DNA of 64,000 bases from Candidatus Angelobacter sp. (GTDB lineage Bacteria; Acidobacteriota; Terriglobia; Terriglobales; Acidobacteriaceae): positions 29,706-93,705 of the forward strand of contig DASSEH010000011.1 in assembly GCA_035695325.1 (NCBI GenBank). The letters are read 5' to 3'. The notes below the pieces were generated by a model. That model saw only the letters and a list, made by a program, of their open reading frames with translations, was not told the DNA's origin and ran no database searches. This document shows, in pieces, positions 63,497-64,000 of this stretch (the stretch's first letter is position 1; each line of letters begins with the position of its first letter). Position numbers and translations under genes: made by a program.

Positions 63497-64000
63497 ATGG
63501 CACTGATTGAGCGCAGAAAGACTATAACCGTCAACATTGGCAATGTCCGCGTGGGCAGTGATTCGCCCGTAGTGGTGCAATCCATGACCAACACCGATAC
63601 GGCGGACGTACCGGGAACCATTCAGCAGGTGGCACAGCTTGCTCGTGCAGGCTCGGAAATGGTGCGTGTGACCGTCAACAATGACGCCGCCGCCAAAGCC
63701 GTGCCGGCCATTGTGGAAGGCCTGGAAAAGAAGAACGTCCGGGTGCCGATTATTGGCGATTTCCACTACAACGGTCATCTGCTGCTGACGAAGTATCCGG
63801 AATGCGCCCAGGCTTTGGGCAAATACCGCATCAATCCGGGAAATGTCAGCGTCGGTCGCAAAAATGACGACAATTTTCGCGCGATGATCGATGTTGCCAT
63901 TGCCAACAACAAGCCGGTGCGTATTGGCGTGAACTGGGGATCGCTGGACCAGCAGCTGCTCACGCGGCTCATGGATGAAAACTCCCGCAGCAAAGAGCCC
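63497..64000 (+). CDS. ispG: HMBPP synthase IspG/GcpE, N-terminal part (3' end lies outside the window)
   Basis: Translated by hand: [38 protein letters not shown]...MVRVTVNN...RINPGN. The frame is open to the window end, so it is not in the ORF track. Confidence 0.9.
   Translation, partial: MALIERRKTITVNIGNVRVGSDSPVVVQSMTNTDTADVPGTIQQVAQLARAGSEMVRVTVNNDAAAKAVPAIVEGLEKKNVRVPIIGDFHYNGHLLLTKYPECAQALGKYRINPGNVSVGRKNDDNFRAMIDVAIANNKPVRIGVNWGSLDQQLLTRLMDENSRSKEP

Overview
A 64-kb, high-GC chromosomal window. Hand counts on typical 60-nt lines give about 60% G+C. Gene content and the palindromic intergenic repeats suggest an Acidobacteriota-like soil bacterium, but that is inference only. Most of the window is core housekeeping in recognisable conserved clusters. 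These are: (1) rimP-nusA-infB-DUF503-rbfA-nrnA; (2) a peptide-salvage block with a POT transporter and an M24 peptidase, followed by yggU and yggS; (3) etfB-etfA plus ETF-ubiquinone oxidoreductase; (4) moaA behind a probable Moco riboswitch; (5) PP2C phosphatase, FHA protein and M13 peptidase; (6) rpsP-KH-rimM-trmD-rplS-rnhB; (7) an ECF sigma with an anti-sigma/TonB-C protein; (8) a cell-wall block with PBP1A, a PASTA protein, an S41 protease and two L,D-transpeptidases; (9) uppS-cdsA-dxr-rseP ... ispG. The accessory or unusual content is as follows. (a) An AT-rich ~2.5-kb insertion (about 15.8-18.3 kb) carries one intact 406-aa PD-(D/E)xK-like protein, a decayed HExxH fragment and a tRNA 3'-end-like 22-mer; this is my best candidate for an undescribed single-gene nuclease or defence locus. 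(b) A secreted protein is built from four cyanovirin-N-homology half-repeats split by an (Arg-Asp)n linker, and next to it lies an 18-codon Lys-rich mini-gene with its own SD and terminator. (c) An operon encoding a secreted unknown protein, a family-5 SBP, a histidine kinase and an NtrC-type regulator is interrupted by an AT-rich GIY-YIG gene. (d) A 1154-aa protein fuses GH18-like, CE4 deacetylase and GT2 synthase modules. (e) An unknown coiled-coil/multi-TM protein is wedged between rseP and ispG. (f) At least four families of palindromic intergenic repeats are present, one of them flanked by a duplicated gene 3' end. No rRNA gene, intact tRNA gene, CRISPR array, transposase or integrase was seen. 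Every functional call comes from motif recognition by eye; no database search was run.
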